Shown here: piece by piece, positions 22,904-34,338 of the stretch
Position numbering within the stretch: the stretch's first letter is position 1
How the letters are laid out: the number at the start of each line of letters is the position of its first letter
Origin: Blastocladiella emersonii ATCC 22665
Lineage: Eukaryota > Fungi > Blastocladiomycota
Length of the DNA stretch: 64,000 nucleotides
Assembly (NCBI GenBank): GCA_025594325.1
Contig: JANHCV010000010.1
Span: forward strand, 1,054,001-1,118,000
Reading direction: 5' to 3'
Translations under genes and position numbers: made by a program
Notes under the pieces: model-generated
What the model saw: only the letters and a program-made list of their open reading frames with translations
What the model was told of the DNA's origin: nothing
Databases searched by the model: none

Positions 22904-23250
22904 GGCTATGATACATTGCTTTAAGTCAAGGTCGATGCGGAGCCCGGGAGGCTCGACTAGCAATCAGGGCGAAACGACGCGAAGCGTTGACCGCGAACCG
23001 GATGGGTCAGCCTTGTTCGCGAGTGCCGAGGCCCGGGAGACGCGTGCCTTGTCTCCCACTCTCCTCGCGTCTGTCCATCTCGCGACAGGACGACAAGGCC
23101 GGATCCTTTTGCATCATACTTCGCATCAAAATCAACCGTATAGCCCAACGAAAGCCGTCTCTTATGGCGACGGATCCTGCCGCAAGTACGACAAGCTGCC
23201 GCCGCGACGCGAATCTGTCTCGCACGGTCAACAGGGACGCGTTTTGATGG

Positions 23251-23538
23251 GCAAACAAATATGCGGGGGGCGCAACTCCGTTTGTCGTGGGTTTATCAAT
23301 GACAAGCAAGTCGAACTGCGCATTCTCGCCAATCGAGTCGAGGACGTTGGCCAGCCCGTTCGTGTCGGGCCCGCGTGCCGTCTCGTAGTCGCCGTTGAGG
23401 TCCGTGTCCTTGGACACGTAGTACTGGCCGTCGTCGGCGTTGCGCACCACGCTCGTGTCCAGGATCCCGTCGCGGTTCGTGTCGAGCTCGCCGGCCACAA
23501 GCTGGCCGTTGCGGTACGTCGTGGTCGCGTCGGCCACG
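23251..23538 (-). other. Start-less coding-like fragment with DxN/DxDG repeats, opposite in orientation to the adjacent coding-like DNA
   Basis: GVADATTTYRNGQLVAGELDTNRDGILDTSVVRNADDGQYYVSKDTDLNGDYET in strongly GC3-biased codons. The plus-frame translation over it is a typical V/R/G/H antisense shadow. Confidence 0.5.
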
Positions 23539-24360
23539 CCATCAAGTCCGACTACGGTGCGGGCCAGGTCCAGAACACGCCGCCGCGCTCGGCCAACTTC
23601 ACCATCGACGACAAGGACACGAGCGAGGCCGCCGACAAGGACAGCGGCTACGGCTACGAGTTGGCGCCCGCGCCGTTAAGCAGCAGCCGCAAGTCGTCGG
23701 TGCCAGTGGAGATCCCGCCGGCCCACTGGCAGATGCAGCGCGAACTACGAGCGCGTGTATGGGTTCACGTCCAGGAATACGTCGCCAGATCTTGCGCCCA
23801 TGTTCGCTCGCCCGAATCGTGTCGCTACCAGTCGGACTCGCGTCAAGGCGGGCTGGCCCGCCAGCTCGACCCGCAACAGCACAGCCACGCTCGCCAGCCC
23901 AGCTTGCACCGAGACGGCCGTGCCCGCCCGCCGGGTTAGCGTCGCACCTACCAGCCCTACTCGCACTACCACTTCCACCCCCGCCCGCCCGACTCGCTCC
24001 GCCACAACCGGCGCCTCCGCCATCCCGCCTCGCGTCGCGACGGTCTCGCTCGGCCCGCACGAGTCGTACTCGATCTCCGACTTTGACGCGCCAGGTTGAC
24101 CTTCGCGCTGCAGCTCGAACGGACCCCCGCGGACTACTCGGCAGTCGTGGCGGCGCACGCAGCCGCGCCAGCGCCGCGCGACGCGTGCAACGAGGCGTTG
24201 CGGGTCCGCGGGCCCGACGACCTGTACACGCCGCGGTGGGCGCGGGTCGGGCAAGCACAAGGACGCGCTGTGCCGGCTGTGTCCTCTGGTTCCGGGGCAC
24301 TGGGCCAACGCGGGGTGCGCGGCATACTTGACACACGTACATTTTCTTCCTGCGCGTTGA
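23539..24360 (+). pseudogene. Degraded gene with a Rua1-C/DUF4451-like Cys/His domain
   Basis: GPDDLYTPRW, then after a 2-nt loss near 24240, RGSGKHKDALCRLCPLVPGHWANAGCAAYLTH. This matches the fungal DLYTPRWxRGxG..KEGLCxxC..W..Y..H motif as I recall it. Upstream S/T/P-rich coding-like pieces lie in other frames. Confidence 0.55.
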
Positions 24361-24414
24361 CGGGGTACTGATTCTCCTCATGTCCTCTCTCTCCCTCGCA
24401 CGGCGCATCGATGG

Positions 24415-25758
24415 CTATAGAAACGACGGTGTCTCACTACTCGACTCCAGCCCCATCTTCTTCCCACAACTCTCCTCGGCCTTATGACCACCCAGCGCGC
24501 TGCTCGACCCACCCGCCGCGGCGCGCTTCTTGATCCTCGCCGCCTTCTGCTTGCGCTGATGAAATCTGAGCATCCACTCGAACGACGCCTCGGTGAGCAC
24601 GCTGATCCCCGAAATCAAGCTAAGCACGGCGCTCATGCGGAACGGGACCTCGCCCTGGTACACGGACGCGGCGAGGAACGCGACCCACTCGACCATGATC
24701 AGCGTCGTCAGCAGCTTGAAGGTCGCCGTCAGCGGGTACTTGATCCCGCGCCCGTGCAGCGCGCCGTCGGATGCGGCAGCGCGGCGAGAGAGGCCGCGGA
24801 GGAGGTCGCGGCTCCCCGTGCGATGCACGGGAGATGTGGTGGTGGTGGAGAGTGAGCCTGTGGACCCGAGTTCGGCGGACGCCTTGATACTTCCAGGACC
24901 GGCGCCGGCGGACGCCTTGATATTTCCGGGACCGGCGCCGGCGGGCGAGGCGGGCGGCTCGCTGTCGCGGCGGAACAGGCGCGCAAACAGGTTCCTGCCG
25001 GCAGCGACGACAGGGCTGCCCGGCGGCGGCGGCTGGCCGAGGTTCCCTGAACTCGCCGTGTGTGAATGGAACTCGAGGTCCGTGTCGCCATGCACGACGA
25101 CCGACTCCTTGGCGAACGCGATGCGGAGCGACCACATGGACCCGGCGAGGATCGTCGCGGGCAGCGAGAGGATTGGGTAGACGCACCAGAGCGGGACGAC
25201 CCACGCGTCGAGCCAATCGCGCGACGCCGCGCCCTGGCGGTGCAGGGAGACGAGCGAGATCAGGGTACCGGCCTCGTTGAGGACCAGCGTCACACCGCAC
25301 ACGACGTTGATGGCGCGCATGAACCGGCGGCGCCACGTCGGGTTCAGAACGACGAGGACCGACACGCGGCGCCCGACGCAGTGCGTCAGGATCGACCCGA
25401 TCGGGATAAATGTCACGAGCTTGATCCCGTTGAAGGCGAGGAAGTTGGCGGTGCCCGAGAGCCACACGTGCGACAGCATCGCTGGGTTGTTGATGGCGTC
25501 GGCCGTCAGGAGCACCGAGCATAGCAGCAGCAGGGCCAGGCGGACGTGGACGACGGTGCCGCGGCGGCGGCCGCGACCCGTTGGCCCCGTGGGCGGCGAA
25601 GAAGCGGCGGTTGCATCGCGTTCAAACAATCGTGGGAAGGTGCGCGGCAAGATGATCGCGATGCCCGTGAGCGCGACGACGAGCGAGAGGCTGAAGATCG
25701 CGATGCTGTTGCGGGCGACGACGGGGTCGATGGCGGGCGGCGGTGCATCTGCGTTCAT
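24415..25758 (-). CDS. Orphan 7TM (GPCR-like) protein, paralog 2, intact and intronless
   Basis: 447-aa ORF with seven hydrophobic segments, a long Ser/Gly-rich loop between TM5 and TM6, and a basic segment after TM7. Colinear with paralog 1 (e.g. DAINN/DAVNN, GTAN, PLTA(T/S)F, E(A/S)SFE). Confidence 0.8.
   Translation of the reverse strand: MNADAPPPAIDPVVARNSIAIFSLSLVVALTGIAIILPRTFPRLFERDATAASSPPTGPTGRGRRRGTVVHVRLALLLLCSVLLTADAINNPAMLSHVWLSGTANFLAFNGIKLVTFIPIGSILTHCVGRRVSVLVVLNPTWRRRFMRAINVVCGVTLVLNEAGTLISLVSLHRQGAASRDWLDAWVVPLWCVYPILSLPATILAGSMWSLRIAFAKESVVVHGDTDLEFHSHTASSGNLGQPPPPGSPVVAAGRNLFARLFRRDSEPPASPAGAGPGNIKASAGAGPGSIKASAELGSTGSLSTTTTSPVHRTGSRDLLRGLSRRAAASDGALHGRGIKYPLTATFKLLTTLIMVEWVAFLAASVYQGEVPFRMSAVLSLISGISVLTEASFEWMLRFHQRKQKAARIKKRAAAGGSSSALGGHKAEESCGKKMGLESSSETPSFL
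24873..24944. repeat. 33-bp in-frame tandem duplication inside the 7TM cytoplasmic loop
   Basis: CGGCGGACGCCTTGATA(C/T)TTCC(A/G)GGACCGGCGC x2, encoding AGAGPG(N/S)IKAS. Confidence 0.85.
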
Positions 25759-26028
25759 GGCGTGTTGCAGGTAGGTGGTTCACCGATCAGTTTTCGGGTT
25801 AGCGCATCTCAAGCCATGCGGGAGGTGGCGCGACGCGTTTCAAAGTGCGTGCGAGACATCACGTGCGGGGCTGCAGCCCCGCTGCTCCATTCGCCGATCC
25901 CTTTGTCCTCGCCCTCGCTCCCAAATTAATCACCCGCATCTCGCAACGTATCGCTTAATACCCCCCGACGACTCGGCGCAACGGGCTCATCATCCCATAG
26001 ACTTGCTTGCACACATATCCCACCCCTC

Positions 26029-27259
26029 ATGGCATCAACATCCTCACCGACGGGCCTGCTCGCACACCTCTTCCACCCGGTTGACCGGAAACGAAGCTCA
26101 ACATCCGCCGCTTCACCGTCGCCGTGGCCCGCGCTCCTCGGCACCGCGTCGCTGCTGCAGGCGCTGTTTGTGTTCACGCTCGAGGCGACGGTCGCGTTCC
26201 TGCTGATCCCGCGGCTGTCGCCGTCGGGGAGCGGGTCAGCGACCACGTCGCTCGCGGGCGAACCCGCGCCGCCGTTCAACGTGCGCATGCGCGGCGTGCC
26301 CGTGTACGCGGCGCTGTTCGCGTGCGCGCAGCTGTACTCGGTGTTTCTTTCCTTCAACGCGGTACGCCTAACCACCCACCGTACGCGGCAAGGCCCACAC
26401 ACTCATCCCCCCCTCGTCTAGACGGCGCGCGAGAACTCGATCCAGCTCATCGCGCTGGTCCTGCTGAACCTGTGTACGGTCGGGTACGCCGGGTTCCAGT
26501 CGGTGACGCAGCTGACGCAGCTGGAGCTCGAGCTGCTGATGCGTCCGCCGTGGTCGACCTCGGCCGCCGCGGGTCTGTCGCGGCTGCAGATTGACCTGGT
26601 GCTCGGGATTGCGTGGGCGATGCCCGTGCTCACGGCGTTTTTCGCCGCCGTCACCGCGGTCCTCGCGCTCCGCCTGTACCGCGAGTTCGGGTTCGCCGTG
26701 TACAAGAAGATTGGCGCGGACCGCGCGGTTCAGGACATGTACCGCGTGTACCTGGTGCTGGTGACGGTCGTGAAGCTGGACTTGTTCTTCGCGTTCACGT
26801 TCGCGGTGCAGTACCTCGCGCTCGTGATGCAGGTCGACCTCGTCGATACGCCCGTCACGGTCGCGGCGCTGCTCGGGATGGCCGGGCTGACATGGCTGAT
26901 CCCGTACTCGGTACGCCCCACTCTGTCCCTCCCTCCCCCTCTTCCACCACCACTAACGACCCGCGTAGATCCGCCGCGAACACCGCGGCCTCGTCCTCCT
27001 CTCCCTCCTCGGCCTCGCCGCCGTGGCCGCGGGTCTGGGCTACCGTCTCGTGTACATTGTCGAGCACCGACGTTCGCCCGCGTTCCAGGGGATCCACCGG
27101 TTCCTGACCTTCTTCGCGGGCCTGTCGCTCGCCATGCTGGTGGTCACGGCGGGCCTGATGGTGCAGTGCATGGGCTCGTTCGGGTTCGGGCTGCGTGGCG
27201 CGTTCGAGGCGCTCGAGGCCGCGGCCAAGGGCGGGGACAAGGACTCGGACGACGTGTAA
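26029..27259 (+). CDS. UPF0658-family (Golgi) multi-pass membrane protein, 3 exons
   Basis: ENSIQLIALVLLN and LYREFGFAVYKKIGAD..Y..Y....KLDLFF motifs. Introns 26362..26421 and 26911..26968. Confidence 0.75.
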
Positions 27260-27375
27260 ATAGAAATCGTTTTGCATTCTCCGTTCTTCGCGTTCGTTCC
27301 GCTTTGAGGTGTGGGGTTAGGGAAACGTATATGGTGGTTGGGTTGGGGTAGAGACATCATCAAACAACGATCAAC

Positions 27376-29413
27376 TTAGTAGACGCGCTTGGCGGGGGGC
27401 ACGGGCTTGCACTCGTTGGCGTCGAGCGTAGTCTCGACGACGGCGCGGTACTTGAGCTTGGTCTCGCGGGTCACCTCGTCGTGGTACGAGAGCGTGTGCT
27501 TCATCCACTCGTCGTCGTTGCGGTCCTTGAAGTCCTCGCGGGCGTGCGCGCCGCGCGACTCCTTGCGGGCCGCCGCCGAGTACATGGTCTGGACCGCGTT
27601 CGTGAGGAGGTTCTGCAGCTCGAGCGTCTCGACGAGGTCCGTGTTCCAGATCAGGCCCGTGTCGGTGACGTTCACGTCCGAGAAGGACTTGACGACCTCG
27701 TCGATCTTCTCGACACCCTCGTCGAGCGACTCCTGGGTGCGGAAGACCGCGGCGTCGCGCTGCATCGTCTTCTGCATGTTGAGGCGGATGGCGGCCGTCG
27801 ACAGCGCGCCCTTGGCGTTGCGCAGCTTGTCGAGGTTCTTGAGCGACTCGAGGCCGGCGTCCTTGGCGATGGGCGCGTGCGGCGTGTTGGGCTTGAGCGT
27901 CTCGGCAATGTGCAGGGCGCACGCGCGGCCGAACACGACAATGTCGAGCAGCGAGTTGGCGCCGAGGCGGTTGGCGCCGTGCACCGAGACACAGGCGGCC
28001 TCGCCCGCCGCGTACAGGCCGGGGACGACCACGTCGTTGCCGTTCTCGTCGACCTTGATCACCTCGCCCGTGTACTTGGTCGGGATGCCGCCCATGTTGT
28101 AGTGGACGGTCGGGATGACGGGGATGGGCTCCTTGGTCACGTCGACACCCGCAAAGATGGCGGCCGTCTCCGAGATCCCGGGGAGGCGCTCGCGGAGGAT
28201 CTCCTTGGGCAGGTGCGACAGCTGGAGGTGGCAGTGGTCGGCCTCGGGCCCGACACCGCGGCCGGCGCGGATCTCCATGGTCATGGACCGCGACACGACG
28301 TCGCGCGAGGCGAGGTCCTTGGCGGTGGGCGCGTAGCGGGACATGAAGGGCTCGCCCTTGGAGTTGAGCAGGATACCGCCCTCGCCGCGGGCGCCCTCGG
28401 TGATGAGGCAGCCGGACCCGTAGATGCCCGTCGGGTGGAACTGGACAAACTCGAGGTCCTGGAGCGGCAGCCCGGCGCGCGCGACCATGGCGTTGCCGTC
28501 GCCCGTGCACGTGTGGGCCGAGGTGCACGAGAAGTAGGCGCGGCCGTAGCCGCCCGTGGCGAGCACCGTCTTGTGCGAGAAGAAGCGGTGGATCGAGCCG
28601 TCCTCCATGCACAGGGCCGTGACACCACGGCACGCGCCCGACTCGTCCATGATCAGGTCCAGGGCAAAGTACTCGATGAAGTAGTTGGTGTTGTAGCGGA
28701 GCGACTGCCCGTACAGCGTGTGCAGGATGGCGTGGCCCGTGCGGTCGGCGACGGCGGCGCAGCGGTACGCCTGCCCACCCTTGCCGTACTCGAGCGACTG
28801 CCCGCCAAAGGCGCGCTGGTAGATCTTGCCCTCCTTGGTGCGCGAGAAGGGGACGCCGTACTGCTCGAGCTCGATGACGGTGCGGGGCGCCTCCTTGCAC
28901 ATGTAGTGGATGGCGTCCTGGTCGCCGAGCCAGTCGGACCCCTTGACCGTGTCGTACATGTGCCAGCGCCAGTCGTCCTTGGTCATGTTGCCGAGCGCCG
29001 CGTTGATGCCGCCCTGCGCGGCGACCGTGTGCGAGCGCGTCGGGAACAGCTTGGAGATGCACGCCACGTTGAGGCCGGCCTCGGCGAGACCGAAGGCGGC
29101 GCGCAGACCGGAACCGCCGGCGCCCACGACGATGGCGTCGTAGTGGTGGTCGACGACCTGGTAGGGCAGCGTCGAGGTCGGCGTGTTGTTGTCGACCTTG
29201 ATCTCGGCGTGCTTGGCACGCATCGGCTCCGAGGCAATGACCTGGGCGCGGACGGCCGTCGAGGAGAAGGCGCGGGCGCCTGGACGATACGATGAAGGGG
29301 AGGGTTCGGGGTCAGCGGGGGTGGCGGTGCCGCTGAGGGTCGCAGGAGCGCGTACCGAGGCGCGGCGTGACGCGGGCCGCGGCGGCGACGGCCAGAGTAC
29401 GGATGGCACTCAT
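27376..29413 (-). CDS. SDH1: Succinate dehydrogenase flavoprotein subunit
   Basis: Mitochondrial-type leader, [14 protein letters not shown]-histidine [21 protein letters not shown]. Intron 29280..29355. Confidence 0.98.
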
Positions 29414-30378
29414 GGTGGTGGTTGGTTTACAGTGTAGGGAAGAGCTAGTGGTATACAGAGAGGCGTGAGCGATCCAGGCCCACCAGCGGCGCGCGGGGCA
29501 GCACGGTATTCATACGCTGGCACGCTCGGAGTGCACTGCGCCAAGAGAGGGGAGGCGATCGGGCAGCGAAGGCGTCGTCGGCGAGCAGGCGGGAGCGCGA
29601 AGGCGATGGCGGGCCTCTTACGATCGGGCAGACCGAATATCTCGTGTTGACCCCGCCCGCACGTGCGGCGCCCGCCCGGCCATCGCCGAAGGGTATCGGG
29701 ATAGCCCCCGCGGGTGACATCACCGTATGCGGATAGCGTGAGCGCACGCGACGCGGGGCGCGCCACCGCCTTTTGGCTTCCCTCGCCGCGGGCGGCCGTG
29801 GCGGCGCTCGGCGACTTCTGCACAGCGCAGCGCTTGCCCGCACCTTGGTGCCCGCCGCCCTCCCCTCGACCCGCGCCCGCTCCCGCTGCCACGACGGAAT
29901 CGACTTGGCTGGCTGTCGTCGTCCAGCCCACGGATCTGCTGCTGCTGCCCGCTGTTAGTGCTGCTTGTCACGCCGCACGCACGACGCGAGTACCCCGAGA
30001 GAGCACCTCGCTGCCCTCGACCCCGACTCGCACCCGCTGCACTCGACGCTCGCACGCTCGCCGGCTCCGCCACTGCGCCTGCCGACCGACCCGCCGACCG
30101 ACCCGCCCGCCGACCGACGCGTGTGCCATCCGCTCGGCTTGACGACGCCCGACCGCCGGATCACCCCGTCCGTCCGTGCTCGCGCTTCTGATTCCGGTCC
30201 TGCTCGTGCGCTACGCCGCTGCTCGCCCTCGTCGCCCGATCACTCCGCGGTCCCGCCGGCCTTCTGCATCCTCGCCGCCGCTGCCCGCACGCACTTGATC
30301 CGTCAGCGCCACCGCCACGACGACGCCCAACCGCCGCCCATCCCGTCTCCGCGCACCACCACCACCACCGCCACGACC

Positions 30379-32331
30379 ATGTCCTCGCAGGCCGCCATCC
30401 AGCGCGCCAAGGACGCGGCCAAGAAGAAGGGCATTGCCGCCTCCAAGCCCGCCAAGAACGACGTGCGGTACGCTCCCCCCACCCGTCCCTGATGCCTCAA
30501 CTCGTGCACTGACTCGATCACCGTCCGTCTAGACCCGCCTCGGACCCGTCCTCGGGCGGCAAAAAGGCCAACGGCGGCGCCGCCCCGAGCAAGCAGCACA
30601 ACGACTCGGACGTGACGCTCGCCGGCCTCTCTGGTGCCGCGGGCGCCGACGAGGAGTACTCGGAGGGCACGGCCTACTCGGACGAGGAGGAGGACGCCGA
30701 GGACTACTGCGAGGGCGGCTACCACCCGGTCGCCATCGGCGACGCCTTCAAGCAGGGCCGGTACACGGTGCTGCGCAAGCTCGGGTGGGGCCACTTCTCG
30801 ACCGTGTGGCTGTGCCGCGACAACGCCCAGTACCGGTACGTGGCCCTCAAGATCGTCAAGTCGGCCCCGCACTACACGGAGACGGCGCTCGACGAGATCC
30901 AGCTCCTGCAGCGCGTCGTCGCCGCCGACCCAACCCACCCGGGTCGCAAGTTCGTCGTCGAGCTCTACGACAACTTCATGCACACGGGCCCGCACGGGAA
31001 ACACGTCTGCATGGTCTTCGAGGTGCTCGGCGAGAACCTCCTCTCCCTGATCCGCCGGTACCGCCACCAGGGCATCCCCGCCCACCTCGTTAAGCAGATC
31101 GCCGCCCAGGTCCTGTGCGGCCTCGACTACCTGCACTCCAAGTGCGCCATCATCCACACGGACCTCAAGCCCGAGAACGTGCTCGTCGTCGTCGACGTCG
31201 ACCAGGTCGCCCGCGACCTCGGCCTCGAGTCCGAGTCGTCCATGAAGAGTAGGTTGCTCGAGCGCTCCCTCAGTGACGTGACGCTGGCCGAGGCGGACGC
31301 CGCGTCCGAGTCGCTCGCCGCTGCGGCCGCCGCTACTGCCGCGGCTGCGGCTGCTGGTGCACCGCCCGCGCCGCTGCCCGCCTCGCCAGCGTCCACGGCC
31401 ACGCCGTCCTTTCCCCCTACCCTCCCCACTGCATCCGGTTCGTCTCCTCTCGTCTCGTCCGTGCAGGCCTCGCCAACACCAGTGGCCCCGCCGCGTTCTT
31501 CCTCTCCTCCAGGATCCCTTACCACCGCTGCTGCTGCCGCCCATGCAGGTGATGCGCTGAGCAAGTCCGCAACCGCAGAAGGAGAACAAGATCCCGCGAC
31601 TCAGACGCCACCGCGGCCCGTCGAGCGCAAGCGGTCGTACGCGGCGCGGTCCACGTCCGGGTTCATTGACGTCAAGATCGCCGACCTCGGCAACGCGTGC
31701 TGGGTCGACCACCACTTCACCAACGACATCCAGACGCGCCAGTACCGGTGCCCCGAGGTCATTCTGGGCGCGCCGTGGGGCGCTTCGGCCGACATGTGGT
31801 CCATGGGGTGCATGCTGTTCGAGCTCATCACCGGCGACTACATGTTCGACCCGCAGGCCGGCGAGCGGTTTACCAAGGACGACGGTACGGGTTTTTGGTG
31901 CTTGGACGCGGTGGACCGAGCGACTCACCACCACTCCGCCGTTTGTAGACCACATTGCGCAGATCATCGAGCTGATCGGCCCGTTCCCAAGGCACCTGGC
32001 GCTGCGCGGCAAGTACTCGAACGAGCTGTTCACGCGGCGCGGCGAGCTGCGCAACATCCACCGGCTCAAGATGTGGCCGCTGCCCGCCGTGCTCTACGAC
32101 AAGTACCACTTCTCCAAGGCCGACGCCGAGACCCTCGCGTCCTTCCTGCTCCCCATGATCGACATTGACCCGGAGCGCCGCATCGGGCCCGCCGCCTCGT
32201 TCAAGCACCGGTACCTCGACGGGTTCCGGACAGGCGAGCGCGAGTGCGACCAGCCCGACGCTGCGGGCGCTGGCCCGGGTTCGGGCGAGGCCGACGACGA
32301 TGTCGTCAAGGTCCCTGGCAACAAGATCTAG
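30379..32331 (+). CDS. SRPK1: SR protein kinase (Sky1/Dsk1/SRPK) with spacer insert
   Basis: DYCEGGYHPV, RKLGWGHFSTVWL, HTDLKPEN, KIADLGNACW, IQTRQYRCPEV. Introns 30468..30532 and 31885..31948. Confidence 0.95.
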
Positions 32332-32709
32332 CTCGGTCTCTCTCCCTCCCTCTTCATTTGCCATTATTATCCTCTCGTTTCTATCTTTCTTCGTTGACGC
32401 ATACACAAGATCACCCCACCGTACCCTTTCCCGCCAACCGCACACTCCTGCTCTCTCCCCTCCCCTCTCGCTATAGCCGTCCAGGGCAGCCCTCGAAACC
32501 AAACCGAGGCCGGCCGTTTTTATTCCGTGAATACATGATGAATTGAGGATTTCTGGGTGCTTGGCAACGCGGTCAGCTGACGCGCGACGCGCCACGAGAG
32601 GTGAACATCGCGTCGTTTCGCGAGTGGGGAGTGGCTATCGTCACCTTCCCGACCATTCATACGGAAAACAGTGCGGCTTTGGACGTTTCACACGCGAGCG
32701 CGTGGATGG

Positions 32710-33946
32710 TCAGAATTCTGACCAACTCGCACAGCTCCACGGTCGTTTCGCGCGTAAAGCGTGCCGCTGGCTCGCCCACAACGAGTACAACTTACTCCTG
32801 AATACGCCCTGCTTCGCAGCAACTTTGGCACGAACAACGTTTGTCGCAAGCAGCACCGACGAAATTGGTGCCTTGACCGTGTATTTTCCTCTAGCCGGTC
32901 GGTAAGGACCGATACATGAGCTGTATTGCGAGGAATGGTTGAAATAAACAACCCGGGACCCATTGTAAGATGCAGCACAATCATCGGCGTTACGCAGCGT
33001 TGCGCGCGGGATCAGGGTCAAGTGTACGTGGATGGCATTTGAGCGCGAGAATTGCGGCGCGCTGCGGGGATTCAGGTCGCACAGCTTCCTGAGTGGCTCG
33101 AAGCAGGACTCGAAGGCGCATGCGAAGAAGCCGTGGACGAGACGGACGCAACGAGCTCGTACTGCGCTGAACCATGGAAAGATGCAGGATCATCATCGGC
33201 GTTACGCGTTACGCAGCGTTGTGCGCAGGAGCAGGGTCAAAGTAGGCGGATGGCATTTGGGAGTGAGAAGTTTGGCGCGTCGCGGTGACTCAGGTCGTAC
33301 AGCTTGCTCAGCTGGTCGACGGTTCAAGTGAGGAAACCCTGGACGAGACCGCAGCTGTACTTTGAAGAGGGGACCCGGGAACCAGGTTACCGTCTCTATT
33401 TTGGTGTTGCTCGCCTAAGAGCAGGTCAAGTGGGTCAGCCGCTGGGAGCGCGACCTCGCCGTGGTTGGCCAACGCAACGAAATTGTGCGCGGTCCGATCG
33501 ACGGCGAGCAGTGCGAAGCGGACGGCAGTTGGTTTCCTCTCCAGGTAGTGTATCACGACGGTACGCAGTTGCGCGTGCGCGTCGTCGTCCGAGAGCAATG
33601 TATCGGTTGGTGCCTGGTCTGCCACACAGCACACAAGCAACGTCTCATTCATGCTCGACATCGAGAGCACAGTCAGCACGACCAGCGCCCCGTCAGGCAC
33701 GCGCATGGCCAGTGCCGCGTCGATCCCGCTACTGGCGGCGCCGAGCGAACCGACCATGCACACGACAAGCTTGACGACAGGTTCGAGAACATGCCGCCAC
33801 GTTAGGTACGCCGCGGGGCCGAGTGGCGGCATAACAAGGACGGTGTCAGCACCAAGCGCGCGGCCGGGCAAGGTCTAGGCCAGCGCCCACCTGCCCGCAC
33901 GCGGCGACTCAACGAAGGCCGCGACGCGGACCGATTAGTGCGACAT
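32710..33946 (-). pseudogene. Degraded gene of unknown family with an internally duplicated segment
   Basis: ATG near 33946 is in frame with ORF 33308..33871 via two stops. Downstream repeat units translate QLSKLYDLSHRDAPNFSLPNAIRL and PLRKLCDLNPRSAPQFSRSNAIHV. Confidence 0.4.
32967..33320. repeat. Diverged tandem duplication, period about 212 bp
   Basis: AAGATGCAG..ATCATCGGCGTTACGC..CAGGGTCAA..GGATGGCATTTG..TCAGGTCG(C/T)ACAGCTT at about 32967-33100 and 33179-33320. Confidence 0.8.
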
Positions 33947-34338
33947 AGTCTTCTTGCTCCGAGCACCCGTGGGAAGGAAGGTCGAGCGGCGCAGGCCGAG
34001 CTGAGGCGTGCCCACAAGCGGGCCGTCGGCGGCGGGATCCAAGCGGTTGGAGAGCTCAGTGGATTGACCCGCGCGCTCTACAGTTCATTCGATATCATTT
34101 CATGATGCATGTAGGCATAATTGTGAGAGCGGGAACTCGAACAGAGGTTTGAGGGCGGACAGCAACGCGGCCACACGCGGTCAGCTGACTTGCGACGCAA
34201 CTCGCGCCGCGGGCTGCCGCCACACGGCCGGCCGGGCGCGCCTGCCGATGGCCGTCCCAGCCCGCGTCTAAGCAAGGACGACGACGATCCCGACCTAACC
34301 GGGAAGACGGCAACAGTACCTGCTACGGAATCGACACC

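Noticed and set aside
22272-23939. 555-aa plus-strand ORF
   Set aside because: It crosses the MITE boundary, the 7TM 5' end and the inverted fragment's antisense shadow. Only the part after about 23539 looks coding.
27389-29295. Plus-strand ORFs overlapping SDH1, and similar shadows over TRS85, KRR1, lipase, ETFDH, EFL and EXO1
   Set aside because: Opposite-strand or off-frame artefacts of high GC3 coding sequence.
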